From assembly GCA_046725875.1 (NCBI GenBank), contig JBKOZJ010000042.1, positions 1 to 46,665 on the forward strand: DNA of 46,665 bases, written 5' to 3'. A model generated the notes under the pieces. The model saw only the letters and a list, made by a program, of their open reading frames with translations, did no database searches and was not told the DNA's origin. The translations under genes were made by a program, and so were the position numbers. Of the stretch, positions 9,805 through 19,206 are shown in pieces (position 1 is the first letter of the stretch; every line of letters starts with the position of its first letter). Source of the stretch: Actinomycetota bacterium. GTDB lineage: Bacteria > Actinomycetota > Actinomycetes > JAKEEW01.

Positions 9805-10323
9805 TCAGCTCGTCCCCCTGTCCGGTCGGGTACGGCGGGACAGCACAATCGCGCCGACCAGCGCGGCCAGCAGCAGAACGGAGAGGATCTCGAACGGCAG
9901 CACCCAGTAGCGAAAGATGGTCTCGCCGATTCCGCGCGAGGCCCCCGCAACGCCGCCGTGCACATCGATGTAGGCCCGGCGGAACGCCTCCACGATGACC
10001 GTGACGAGGGTGCCGGCGGTCGCGCCGGCCACCGCGGCCGCGGCCCAGCGGTTGCCGCCGGTCAGCTCCGGCGAGAAACCGATCGGTGCTCGGGTCAGCA
10101 TGAAACCGAACAGCGCCAGCACGACGACCGCACCGACATAGATGAACACCTGCACCCAGGCCACGAATTCGGCGGTCAGCAGGAGATAGCAGCCCGCCAG
10201 CGCGCCGAGCGTGACGACCAGCCAGAGCGCGGAGTGGACGAGATTCGACGAGCCCACCACCAGCAGCGCCGCGGCCACGGCCGCGGCACCAAGGAGCGCG
10301 AACAGTACTTCGACCCCGGTCAA
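9805..10323 (-). CDS. nuoJ: Complex I subunit J, second cluster
   Basis: [48 protein letters not shown] start overlaps the nuoI stop. Confidence 0.93.
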   Translation of the reverse strand: MTGVEVLFALLGAAAVAAALLVVGSSNLVHSALWLVVTLGALAGCYLLLTAEFVAWVQVFIYVGAVVVLALFGFMLTRAPIGFSPELTGGNRWAAAAVAGATAGTLVTVIVEAFRRAYIDVHGGVAGASRGIGETIFRYWVLPFEILSVLLLAALVGAIVLSRRTRPDRGTS

Positions 10324-11012
10324 CCGGTCCCCCCGGCACCGGTCTCGGGGTCCGACTGCTGGTCGTCCGGTCCGCCGTGCGCCGGTCGACCGCCGGCGGG
10401 ACCCTCGCCCGCCGGTCGACGGCGGTCCGGACCTTCGGCCGCCGGTCGACGGCGGGCAGGACCCTCAGCCGCTTTGCCGCCGGCCGCGCCGGCCCGCTCG
10501 ATCGCGGCCCTGGCCAGGGCGACCTCCTTCGGCTCCTCGGCGGCCGGATCGGGTGCTGGGGGCGGCGGGACGGTCCACATCCAATCCCGCAGGCGATCCT
10601 TCTCGTGGGTGAGGTCGCGGATGTCGAGCTCGGAGTACTCGAACTCGGGCGACCAGAACAGCGCGTCGAACGGGCACACCTCGATGCAGATCCCGCAGTA
10701 CATGCAGAGCGAGAAGTCGATGGCGAAGCGGTCGAGCACGTTCCGGGTTCGGTCCCGGGCGCCAGGCTCGGTCGCCGGAATGACCTCCTTGTGCGAATCG
10801 ATGTAGATACACCAGTCAGGGCACTCCCGGGCGCAGAGCATGCAGACCGTGCAGTTCTCCTCGAACAGCGCGATGACGCCGCGACTGCGCGGTGGGAGTT
10901 GCGGCAGGACATCGGGATACTGCTGGGTCACCGACCGGCGGGTCAGATGCTGCCAGGTGACCGCGAGGCCCTGCGCGAGTCCCTTCCCAGGAACATCCAC
11001 GGGAGCAATCAT
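10320..11012 (-). CDS. nuoI: Complex I subunit I (2x[4Fe-4S]), second cluster
   Basis: [12 protein letters not shown] and [18 protein letters not shown]. Start MIAPVDV chosen after GGAG. Confidence 0.92.
   Translation of the reverse strand: MIAPVDVPGKGLAQGLAVTWQHLTRRSVTQQYPDVLPQLPPRSRGVIALFEENCTVCMLCARECPDWCIYIDSHKEVIPATEPGARDRTRNVLDRFAIDFSLCMYCGICIEVCPFDALFWSPEFEYSELDIRDLTHEKDRLRDWMWTVPPPPAPDPAAEEPKEVALARAAIERAGAAGGKAAEGPARRRPAAEGPDRRRPAGEGPAGGRPAHGGPDDQQSDPETGAGGTG
10381..10472. repeat. Three imperfect 30-bp tandem repeats in the nuoI2 3' end
   Basis: GCCGGTCGAC...GGACC(C/T)TC..CC units start at 10381, 10411 and 10441. They encode [10 protein letters not shown] / [10 protein letters not shown] / [10 protein letters not shown]. 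Confidence 0.9.
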
Positions 11013-11121
11013 GGCACTCCACGAAATCCTCCGTCGCGCCGCTCGCCCAAACGTTCCACCGGACCCCGCCCGGTGGCTGATCTTCGTCGCCGCTCCGGAC
11101 TTCAACGGCCGGCGGGCCGGC

Positions 11122-12075
11122 TCAGAGGACCTTGACGATGCCCGTGAGCGCGAGCTGGGCGAGCGCGACCGGGATGAGGACGACCCATGCGAGCTTCTGG
11201 TACTGGTCCTCGCGCAGCCGTGGATAGCTGACCCGGAGCCAGATGACCAGGAAGGACAGTGCCATCGTCTTGGCCAGCGTCCATAGCCAGCCGAGCTGGT
11301 CCTCGAACGGCCCCTTCCAGCCGCCGAGGAAGAGCACGGTGGTGAGGGCCGACAGCACGACGATTCCGGCATACTCAGCGAGCAGGAAGAGAGCGAACCT
11401 GAGGCCCGTGTACTCGGTGTACGGGCCGAAGATGATCTCGGAGTCGGCGACGGGCATGTCGAACGGCGGCCGCTGCAGTTCGGCGAGCCCGGACACGAAG
11501 AAGACGAGACCGGCGGCGAGCTGCCAGCCGAGCCACCAGGGCTTCCACTCCTCGACGATGCCGGTCAGCGACAGCGTTCCGGCCGCCATCGCAACCGACG
11601 CCGCGGCTAGCAGCATCGGCAGCTCGTAGGCCATTAGTTGTGCCGCGCTGCGCAAGGCGCCGAGCAGCGAGAACTTGTTCGCGCTCGCCCAGCCGGCCAT
11701 GAGCGTGCCGAGCACCCCGACCGCCATGACGGCGAGGACAAAGAAGATGCCGGCATCCAGCGCCTGCCCTACCGCGTCCCCTGGACCGATCGGGATGGCA
11801 ATGAGGACGACCACGTACGGAACGAGCGCAACAGCGGGCGCCAACGCGAAGATCAGCCGGTCCGCACCGGCCGGGGTTACCGCCTCCTTCTGTGCGAACT
11901 TCACGCCATCGGCCACGAGCTGCGCCCAGCCGTGGAAGCCGCCCGCATACATGGGCCCGAGCCGGGACTGCATGTGCGCCATTACCTTGTGTTCCAGCTG
12001 ACCGACGATGAGCGGCAGCAGCAGAAATGCGGCGACGACGAGCGCCAGCCGCAGGATGATCTCCGGCCAGCTCAT
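11122..12075 (-). CDS. nuoH: Complex I subunit H, second cluster
   Basis: Start MSWPEI (ATGA overlap with nuoC). [52 protein letters not shown]. Confidence 0.95.
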   Translation of the reverse strand: MSWPEIILRLALVVAAFLLLPLIVGQLEHKVMAHMQSRLGPMYAGGFHGWAQLVADGVKFAQKEAVTPAGADRLIFALAPAVALVPYVVVLIAIPIGPGDAVGQALDAGIFFVLAVMAVGVLGTLMAGWASANKFSLLGALRSAAQLMAYELPMLLAAASVAMAAGTLSLTGIVEEWKPWWLGWQLAAGLVFFVSGLAELQRPPFDMPVADSEIIFGPYTEYTGLRFALFLLAEYAGIVVLSALTTVLFLGGWKGPFEDQLGWLWTLAKTMALSFLVIWLRVSYPRLREDQYQKLAWVVLIPVALAQLALTGIVKVL

Positions 12076-12725
12076 CCGTCCGGTCCCGGACGATCCTGCT
12101 TGGTGGCTGCTTCCTCGGCGCCGTCGGCGCCCGTCCGCTGCGGGAGATCGGGGGGCGCCGGCGGGCGCGGTCCCCACGTCTGTGGGTCCGGCACACCGGG
12201 CGGCAGCATGCGCCGCCGCGACGGCGCCGCCGTGTCGCGGTCCGACTCGCCCGGCTCCTTCGCGCCGGGCCAGGTCTTGGCGGCCCGAGCGGCGAGTACG
12301 AACTCCTTGCGCAGCGGATGGCCCTCGAAGCCGTCGGGCAGGAGAAGTGGTACGAGATTCGGATGGCCGGCGAACTCGATGCCGAACATCTCGTAGGTCT
12401 CCCGCTCGTGCCAGTTGGCACCGCGAAAGACCGCGGTCGCAGAGGCCAGAACGGGGTTGTCGCGGGGAAGCCGGGTGCGCAGGAGAACGTGGTGTTTCTC
12501 GGCCGGCGACCAGATGTGTGCGACTATCGAGAAGCCCTCGTCCAGCTGATCGACGCCGGTCAACCAGTCGAAGAACGTGCAGCCCAGCTCGTCCCTGGCG
12601 AAGGTCAGCGCGTCGAGCCAGGCGCCGGGGGGGACGTCCACGGTCAGCTGCCCGTACGAGGGATCAGAGGTGGCGGCCGCGCCGAACCGCTCCGCAAACC
12701 TGGCGGTTAGCTCGTCAGGGTTCAC
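12072..12725 (-). CDS. nuoC: Complex I subunit C, second cluster (not fused to D)
   Basis: GTG start VNPDELT overlaps the nuoB stop. [40 protein letters not shown]. 217 aa with a Pro-rich tail. Confidence 0.92.
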   Translation of the reverse strand: MNPDELTARFAERFGAAATSDPSYGQLTVDVPPGAWLDALTFARDELGCTFFDWLTGVDQLDEGFSIVAHIWSPAEKHHVLLRTRLPRDNPVLASATAVFRGANWHERETYEMFGIEFAGHPNLVPLLLPDGFEGHPLRKEFVLAARAAKTWPGAKEPGESDRDTAAPSRRRMLPPGVPDPQTWGPRPPAPPDLPQRTGADGAEEAATKQDRPGPDG

Positions 12726-13315
12726 CGGCGGTCCTCGCCCGCGTACCGATCGGCGAGTGACTCGGCGGCGATCTTCTCCTGGAGCTTGAGAATCCCCTGC
12801 AGCAGCGCCTCCGGCCGCGGTGGGCACCCGGGGACGTAGACGTCGACCGGCACGACGTGGTCGACGCCTTTGGTCACGCAGTACGAATCCCAGTAGGGAC
12901 CGCCGGAGTTCGAGCACGCGCCGAACGAGATCACGTATTTCGGCTCCGGCATCTGCTCGTAGAGCCGCTTCACCGCCGGCGCCATCTTGTCGGTCACGGT
13001 GCCCGACACGATCATGAGATCCGCCTGGCGCGGCCCGGGCGCGAAGGGAATCACGCCGAGCCGGATGAAGTCGTGCCGCGACATCGAGGACGCGATGAAC
13101 TCGATCGCGCAGCAGGCGAGGCCGAAGTTGAAGACCCACAGCGAGTAGCGGCGGCCCCAGTTCAGCACGAGCCGGATCGGCTCGGGTGAGAGCCGCTGCA
13201 ATGGACCGAGCGGCCGCAACCGGCTGCGGGCCGGCACCTCTGGCCGTCCGCCCGATGCCGGCTGCTGCGGATCGGCGATTCGAGCGGGTGGTCCCGACGG
13301 GCCGGTCACGTCCAT
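12722..13315 (-). CDS. nuoB: Complex I subunit B (N2 cluster), second cluster
   Basis: [47 protein letters not shown]. Confidence 0.95.
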   Translation of the reverse strand: MDVTGPSGPPARIADPQQPASGGRPEVPARSRLRPLGPLQRLSPEPIRLVLNWGRRYSLWVFNFGLACCAIEFIASSMSRHDFIRLGVIPFAPGPRQADLMIVSGTVTDKMAPAVKRLYEQMPEPKYVISFGACSNSGGPYWDSYCVTKGVDHVVPVDVYVPGCPPRPEALLQGILKLQEKIAAESLADRYAGEDRR

Positions 13316-13677
13316 GTCAGCACGCCCTTCTTCCACGCGTACAACAATCCGACCGCGAGGAAGCCGAGGAAGACGAACATCTCAACGAGGGTCGCCACAC
13401 CGAAGCCGGGCAGCGAGAACACCGTCGCCCAGGGGAAGAGGAAAACTGCGTCGATGGCGAAGACAACATACAGATAGGCGTAAACGTAGTAGCGGATGTG
13501 TGTATGAGCCCAGCCCTCACCGACCGGGTCGACGCCGCACTCGTACGTGATCAGCTTCTCCCGGGTGGGTCGGTCCGGGCGCAACAGCCGGTTGGCCGTC
13601 ATCGCGACCACGAAGAACGCGGCACCAATCAGCACGATCAGGCCGACGACCGCATAGCCACCGAAGTACCCGGTCAC
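13306..13677 (-). CDS. nuoA: Complex I subunit A, second cluster
   Basis: [45 protein letters not shown] start uncertain (13677 or 13683). TAGACT lies just upstream. Confidence 0.92.
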   Translation of the reverse strand: MTGYFGGYAVVGLIVLIGAAFFVVAMTANRLLRPDRPTREKLITYECGVDPVGEGWAHTHIRYYVYAYLYVVFAIDAVFLFPWATVFSLPGFGVATLVEMFVFLGFLAVGLLYAWKKGVLTWT

Positions 13678-13901
13678 AATCACAGAGTCTAAGACCGCGG
13701 CACCGCGCTCTCCTGCCCGATACCGGGGTTCCGGCGCCCGAAGGCCCGCCGCCTTCGCACCGTGAAGACTGATCGTCAAGACATCGGGTTATCCCCACGG
13801 CCGAGACGCCGGTAAACAGCCTTGTCGATCATCTGCTGGCGCTGGAATCGTTGAGCCAGACCAGCGCGACGATGGTTGGCGAAACATAGCGATTGGTACG
13901 C

Positions 13902-15194
13902 ATGACGATCACTACCGAGGCGACGAAGGCACCGGCTGACCGGAGCCGGCGCCGGCACACATTTTTCTCGGCTCCATTCCACCCCCGGACCCGGCGGGAA
14001 CTGCTGCATCTACTGCTCGACCTCCCGATCGGGATCGCGGGCTGCTGCTTCGTGGCGGTCTTCCTGTGCGGCGGTCTGCTGCTTGCCGTCCTCGGGTTGC
14101 CGGTCGTAGCGGCGATGCTCGTCAGCAGCCGTGCGGTCGGGACGATGGAGCGGGCGCGGGCCCGGGCCCTCCTCGGCGAGCACGTCGCCGCACCCCGACC
14201 CCTAACCTCCTCCGGAGGCGGCTTCTGGTCCTGGCTGAAGGCGGCACTCCTGGACGCGCCCGGCTGGCGGGCTGCGCTCTATTTGGTGCTCCTCGGCGGC
14301 TGGTCGCTTGTCGTCGGCGCCGTGCTCGCGCCGACGTTGACGGCGGCCGGCATGCTCGTCGGCTATCCGATCTGGCACAACTTCGGGCAGCCGGGCGGGG
14401 GAATCAACCTCGGTGACCACGTGGTGGAGGCTGCGTGGGAGATCGCGCTGTCGGTCGGCGTTGGCCTGACGATCCTCCTGCTCGTGCCATGGCTCGTGCG
14501 CGGCCTGACCCAGGTCGACCGACTACTTGTCCGCGGGCTGCTCGGACCGACCACCCTGTCCAGTCGCGTGCGCAGCCTCGAGGTTGCCCGCGGCGGCGCG
14601 ATCGACCAGGCCGCAGCGGACCTGCGCCGCATCGAGCGAGACCTGCACGACGGCACCCAGGCGCGGCTCGTCGCGCTTGCCATGGAACTTGGTATGGCCC
14701 GGGAGAAGCTCGCGGAGAACCCCGAGCACGCCCAGGAGCTCATCGCGAAGGCGCACACCGATGCCAAGGAGGCGGTGGCCGAGCTGCGGGACATCGCACG
14801 CGGGATCCATCCGGTCGAGCTGACCGGGCGCGGGCTCGATGCGGCGCTGTCCCCACTAGCGGCGCGGTGCACGGTCCCGATGACGGTGCGGGTCGACCTA
14901 CCAGGACGGCCAGCCCCCATCGTCGAGGCGGCCGCCTATTTCTGCGTCAGCGAGCTTCTGACGAACATCTCCAAGCACAGCCGAGCGAGCCAGGCGGGGG
15001 TGTACGTACACAAGATCGGAGACCGGCTGCGCATCGAAGTTCGGGACGACGGTATCGGCGGCGCGGACCCAAGCGGGGGAACCGGCCTGCGCGGGCTCGC
15101 CGATCGAGTGCGAAGTCTTGACGGAACCGTGCAGGTGGTGAGCCCCATATCGGGGACCACGACGGTCGTGGTGGAGCTGCCGTGGACTCCGTAG
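13902..15194 (+). CDS. Membrane sensor histidine kinase 1 (HisKA_3 type, AbrC-like system)
   Basis: N-terminal TM segments, H-box IERDLHDGTQARL, N-box ELLTNISKHS, G-box DDGIGGA..GTGLRGL. Confidence 0.93.
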   Translation: MTITTEATKAPADRSRRRHTFFSAPFHPRTRRELLHLLLDLPIGIAGCCFVAVFLCGGLLLAVLGLPVVAAMLVSSRAVGTMERARARALLGEHVAAPRPLTSSGGGFWSWLKAALLDAPGWRAALYLVLLGGWSLVVGAVLAPTLTAAGMLVGYPIWHNFGQPGGGINLGDHVVEAAWEIALSVGVGLTILLLVPWLVRGLTQVDRLLVRGLLGPTTLSSRVRSLEVARGGAIDQAAADLRRIERDLHDGTQARLVALAMELGMAREKLAENPEHAQELIAKAHTDAKEAVAELRDIARGIHPVELTGRGLDAALSPLAARCTVPMTVRVDLPGRPAPIVEAAAYFCVSELLTNISKHSRASQAGVYVHKIGDRLRIEVRDDGIGGADPSGGTGLRGLADRVRSLDGTVQVVSPISGTTTVVVELPWTP

Positions 15195-16516
15195 CCGGCA
15201 GCCAGGAGAACTCAGCAGCCGCCGCGGAGAAGGCGAGCGGCCGCGACGAAACCCGCGAACCGGAGAGGGGGCTGGAACCGCCGCCGTCCCAGCTCCCCGG
15301 CGAAAAGACCTCGTCGGAGCGTGGCTCTCGGTCTGGGCCGGACAGCTTCCCGGCGGAGTCGTCCGCTCGTTCTGCCCTCGGCGCCTTCGCGGATGCCGTA
15401 CGTGATCCCGCCGTCTACCGCGCCGCGCTCTGCCTCTTGCTGCTCCTCCCGCTCGGGATCGCCGGCGCGGTCGTGATCGTGACCATGCTGGTGGTCGGTG
15501 CCGTGCTGAGCATCACGCTCGTCGGCATCCCGGTGATCGCGGTGACACTAATCTTGGCTCGGTGGTTCGCGAGGGGCTACCGCTGGCTCGCGCGCTGGGG
15601 CTTCGGCGCGAAGATCGCGGACCCGGCGCCCACGGTTCATGGTCCTGGCTTCCTCGGCTGGGTCCAGGGCACCCTGCTGGACGCCGTGGGCTGGCGGGGC
15701 GCGCTCTATGCGGTCCTGATGCTTCCCTTGGGCATCGCCTTCGGCATCATAACGATCACGCTGGTGGTCACGTCCGTGCTTACACCGGTCTTCTTCGTGG
15801 CACCGTGGGTGATCCGCGGGCTCGCCGCCGCACACCGCTGGCTCGCCGAGCGGCTGCTCGCGCCGGTCACACTGTCCGAGCGGGTACGGCGCCTACAGCA
15901 GCGCCGCGACCAGGTCGTTGAATCGGCCGCCGCCGAGCGCCGCAGGATCGAGCGCGATCTGCACGACGGCGCGCAGGCACGGCTGGTCGCGCTTGCCATG
16001 GACCTCGGCATGGCCCGGGAGAAACTCAGCGGCGCCGGGGACCCGGAACGCGCCGCAGCGCTCGTAGCCAGCGCGCACGACGAGGTCAAGCGCGCGTTGT
16101 CCGAGCTGCGCGACCTGACCAGAGGGATCCACCCGGCGATCCTCACCGACCGCGGTCTGGATGCCGCACTTTCCGCGGTGGCCGCGCGATGCACCGTTCC
16201 GGTGGCGCTAAGCGTCGAGATCGCCGATCGGCCGCCGCCGGCAGCGGAGCAGATCGCCTATTTCTGTGTCTCGGAGCTTCTGGTCAACGTATCCCGGCAC
16301 AGCCGGGCGACCGCTGCTGCGGTCAGCATTCGACAGACCCGCGACCGCCTCCTGATCGATGTGCGAGACGACGGCGTCGGCGGCGCGGACCCGACCAGTG
16401 GGACCGGCCTGCGCGGCCTCGCCGAACGGCTGTCGTCGGCCGGCGGTACCTTCACCGTGGATAGCCCGCCCGGCGGGCCGACCGTGGTCACCGTGGAGCT
16501 GCCATGCGCATCGTGA
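15182..16516 (+). CDS. Membrane sensor histidine kinase 2 (paralogue of kinase 1)
   Basis: IERDLHDGAQARL, ELLVNVSRHS, DDGVGGA..GTGLRGL. GTG start after GGAG overlaps kinase 1. Confidence 0.93.
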   Translation: MDSVAGSQENSAAAAEKASGRDETREPERGLEPPPSQLPGEKTSSERGSRSGPDSFPAESSARSALGAFADAVRDPAVYRAALCLLLLLPLGIAGAVVIVTMLVVGAVLSITLVGIPVIAVTLILARWFARGYRWLARWGFGAKIADPAPTVHGPGFLGWVQGTLLDAVGWRGALYAVLMLPLGIAFGIITITLVVTSVLTPVFFVAPWVIRGLAAAHRWLAERLLAPVTLSERVRRLQQRRDQVVESAAAERRRIERDLHDGAQARLVALAMDLGMAREKLSGAGDPERAAALVASAHDEVKRALSELRDLTRGIHPAILTDRGLDAALSAVAARCTVPVALSVEIADRPPPAAEQIAYFCVSELLVNVSRHSRATAAAVSIRQTRDRLLIDVRDDGVGGADPTSGTGLRGLAERLSSAGGTFTVDSPPGGPTVVTVELPCAS

Positions 16517-17151
16517 TCGCCGAGGATTCGGTGGTGCTCAGAGATGGGCTGGGCCGGCTATTGACCGACGCCGGCCACAATGTCGTAGCGGCCGTCCCGG
16601 ACGCCGGCGCGCTGCTCGACGCCGTCGTCGAGCACCAGCCGGACATCGCCGTGGTCGACGTACGGATGCCGCCCACGCACACCGATGAGGGCCTGCGGGC
16701 TGCCGTACAGGTAAGGCGCGGGCACCCCGAGGTTGCGGTCCTGGTCTTCTCGCAATATGTCGAGGAGCGGTACGCGGCCGAGCTCCTCGCCGGGTCGACC
16801 AAGAAGGTCGGCTACCTGCTCAAGGACCGGGTCGCGGATGTGCGCGACTTCGTCGAGGCGGTGGAGCGGGTAGCGAGCGGCGGCACGGCGCTCGACCCTG
16901 AGGTCGTGTCGCAGATCTTCAGCCGGTCCAGGCGGCGGGAGACGCTCGACGCCCTCACCCCGAGGGAGCGGGAGGTCCTGGCCGCCATGGCGGAGGGGGC
17001 CTCCAACGCCGCGATCGCAGGCAAGCTCGTCGTCTCCGAGGGCGCGGTGGAGAAGCACGTGTCCAACATCTTCGCCAAGCTCGGCCTGGCCCCGAGCGAG
17101 GGCGAACATCGCCGGGTCCTCGCCGTACTCACCTACCTTGGTGTGACGTGA
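16504..17151 (+). CDS. NarL/LuxR-family response regulator
   Basis: RIVIAED, VVDVRMPP (phospho-Asp), GYLLK, LTPREREVL..MAEG.SN..IA..L.VSEGAVEKHVSNIFAKL. Confidence 0.96.
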   Translation: MRIVIAEDSVVLRDGLGRLLTDAGHNVVAAVPDAGALLDAVVEHQPDIAVVDVRMPPTHTDEGLRAAVQVRRGHPEVAVLVFSQYVEERYAAELLAGSTKKVGYLLKDRVADVRDFVEAVERVASGGTALDPEVVSQIFSRSRRRETLDALTPREREVLAAMAEGASNAAIAGKLVVSEGAVEKHVSNIFAKLGLAPSEGEHRRVLAVLTYLGVT

Positions 17152-17226
17152 CGGTCTCCGCGATGAACCGGTTCGCCTAGGATTCCTTGCCCGACTGAAC
17201 GGAAGATCGCGCCATCATCCGGTAGA

Positions 17227-17257
17227 ACCGACCGTTTGGTCGGTCCCGACGTAGGAT
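17227..17257 (+). promoter_or_regulatory. Putative korAB promoter with an overlapping palindromic operator
   Basis: ACCGACC-GTTT-GGTCGGT (17227-17244), 7 nt upstream of TAGGAT (17252-17257). Confidence 0.55.
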
Positions 17258-17328
17258 TGATGCCACGGCCGCGACGGTGGCCACTGGGCGCTAGGGCCTA
17301 TGGTGGGGCACCGAGGAGGCGCATCCAG

Positions 17329-19206
17329 GTGGGGAAGACAGCGGGTCAGAAGTCAGTCAAGCAGCTCGATCGAGTGATCATCCGCTTTGCCGGAGACTCC
17401 GGCGACGGGATGCAGCTGACCGGAGACCGGTTCACGTCCGAGACGGCCACGTTCGGCAACGACCTCGCCACGCTGCCCAACTTCCCGGCCGAGATCCGGG
17501 CGCCGGCGGGCACGTTGCCCGGAGTGTCGAGCTTCCAGCTGCATTTCGCCGATCACGACATCATGACGCCCGGCGATGCCCCCAACGTCCTCGTGGCGAT
17601 GAACCCGGCGGCCCTCAAGGCGAATATCGGCGATCTTCCCCGCGGCGCCGACGTCATCGTCAACACCGACGAGTTCACCGCGCGGGCCTTGTCCAAGGTG
17701 GGCTACCCGACGAACCCGCTCGAGGACGGCTCGCTCGACGGCTACGCCGTGCACCCCGTCGGGCTGACCTCCATGACGGTCGAGGCGCTCAAGAGCTTCG
17801 ACATTTCGAAGAAGGACGCCGAGCGGGCGAAGAACATGTTCGCGCTGGGGCTTCTGTCCTGGCTCTACCACCGCCCGACCGACGGCACGATCGCGTTCCT
17901 GGAGCGGAAGTTCGCGAGCAAGCCGGAAATCATGAAGGCGAACGTCGCCGCCTTCCGGGCCGGCTACAACTTCGGCGAGACCACCGAGGACTTCGCGGTC
18001 TCGTACGAAGTCAAGCCCGCTCCGATGCCGGCCGGGCTTTACCGCAACATTTCCGGCAACCTCGCGCTCGCGTACGGGCTCATCGCTGCGTCAAGGCGGT
18101 CCGGGCTGCCGCTGTTTCTCGGGTCGTACCCCATCACCCCGGCCAGCGACGTGCTGCACGAGCTTGCCAAGCACAAGAGGTTCGGCGTACGCACCTTCCA
18201 GGCCGAGGACGAGATCGCCGGCGTTGGAGCGGCGCTGGGCGCGTCGTTCGGGGGCGGCATCGGAGTGACGACGACCAGTGGCCCCGGTCTTGCGCTCAAG
18301 GCCGAGACGATCGGTCTAGCAGTGTCCCTGGAGCTGCCGCTGGTTGTGTGCGACATCCAACGCTCCGGCCCGTCGACCGGCATGCCGACCAAGACCGAGC
18401 AGGCCGACCTGCTCCAGGCGATGTACGGACGGAACGGTGAGGCCCCGGTTCCGATCATCGCGCCGCGATCACCGGCCGACTGCTTCGACAGTGCGATCGA
18501 GGCGGTGCGGATCGCCACGAAATACCGGACGCCGGTCCTGCTTCTCTCGGACGGCTATCTGGCCAACGGCTCCGAGCCTTGGCTCATCCCGTCCGTCGAG
18601 AACCTGCCCGACCTGCGGGTCGAGTTCGCCACTGAGCCGAACCACGAACGGGCGGATGGCACCGCGGACTTCTGGCCGTATCGCCGCGACCCGAAGACCC
18701 TGGCCCGGCCGTGGGCGCTGCCCGGCACTCCCGGTCTCGAACACCGGATCGGCGGCCTGGAAAAGGCCGACGGCCACGGCAACATCTCCTACGACCCGGC
18801 CAACCACGACCTTATGGTCCGGACCCGGCAGGCGAAGGTCGACGGCATTGCCAACGACATCCCGCCGCTAGAGGTGGACGACCCCTCCGCTGACGCGCGC
18901 GTGCTTGTGCTCGGCTGGGGCTCCACTTATGGGCCGATCGGGGCTGCCTGCCGGCGGGTGCGGACCGGCGGCCTCCGGGTCGCGCATGCCCACCTGCGCC
19001 ACCTCAACCCGTTCCCGGCCAATACCGGTGAGGTCGTACGGAAGTACGACAAGGTCGTGATTCCGGAGATGAATCTCGGGCAGCTGGCCTTGCTAGTTCG
19101 CGCGCGGTATCTCGTCGATGCGATCGGCTACAACCGGGTGACCGGGCTGCCGTTCAAGGCCGAAGAGCTGGCCGGAGTGATCGAGGACGTGATCCACAGT
19201 GCCTGA
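17329..19206 (+). CDS. korA: 2-oxoacid:ferredoxin oxidoreductase, fused gamma-alpha subunit
   Basis: IRFAGDSGDGMQLTG, PAEIRAPAG, YPITPAS, QAEDEIA, TTTSGPG, QRSGPSTGMPT. RBS AGGAGG 9 nt before GTG 17329. Confidence 0.94.
   Translation: MGKTAGQKSVKQLDRVIIRFAGDSGDGMQLTGDRFTSETATFGNDLATLPNFPAEIRAPAGTLPGVSSFQLHFADHDIMTPGDAPNVLVAMNPAALKANIGDLPRGADVIVNTDEFTARALSKVGYPTNPLEDGSLDGYAVHPVGLTSMTVEALKSFDISKKDAERAKNMFALGLLSWLYHRPTDGTIAFLERKFASKPEIMKANVAAFRAGYNFGETTEDFAVSYEVKPAPMPAGLYRNISGNLALAYGLIAASRRSGLPLFLGSYPITPASDVLHELAKHKRFGVRTFQAEDEIAGVGAALGASFGGGIGVTTTSGPGLALKAETIGLAVSLELPLVVCDIQRSGPSTGMPTKTEQADLLQAMYGRNGEAPVPIIAPRSPADCFDSAIEAVRIATKYRTPVLLLSDGYLANGSEPWLIPSVENLPDLRVEFATEPNHERADGTADFWPYRRDPKTLARPWALPGTPGLEHRIGGLEKADGHGNISYDPANHDLMVRTRQAKVDGIANDIPPLEVDDPSADARVLVLGWGSTYGPIGAACRRVRTGGLRVAHAHLRHLNPFPANTGEVVRKYDKVVIPEMNLGQLALLVRARYLVDAIGYNRVTGLPFKAEELAGVIEDVIHSA

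Noticed and set aside
10381..10472. 30-bp repeats as a possible CRISPR array
   Set aside because: Contiguous, in-frame, no spacers and no cas genes.
11122..13677. Cluster 2 as a group 4 [NiFe]-hydrogenase or Mrp antiporter
   Set aside because: No hydrogenase large subunit or maturation genes, NuoB2 has the tandem CC of complex I, and nuoA/H/I/J are present.
4040..13779. Extended N-termini of nuoN2, M2, K2, I2, H2, C2, A2 in the ORF track, suggesting fusions
   Set aside because: The extensions are off-frame reads of the upstream gene. Most true starts sit at ATGA/GTGA/TGATG overlaps or after an SD.
17160..17195. GCGATGAAC upstream of korA resembling the ECF -35
   Set aside because: No GTC -10 box at the required spacing.
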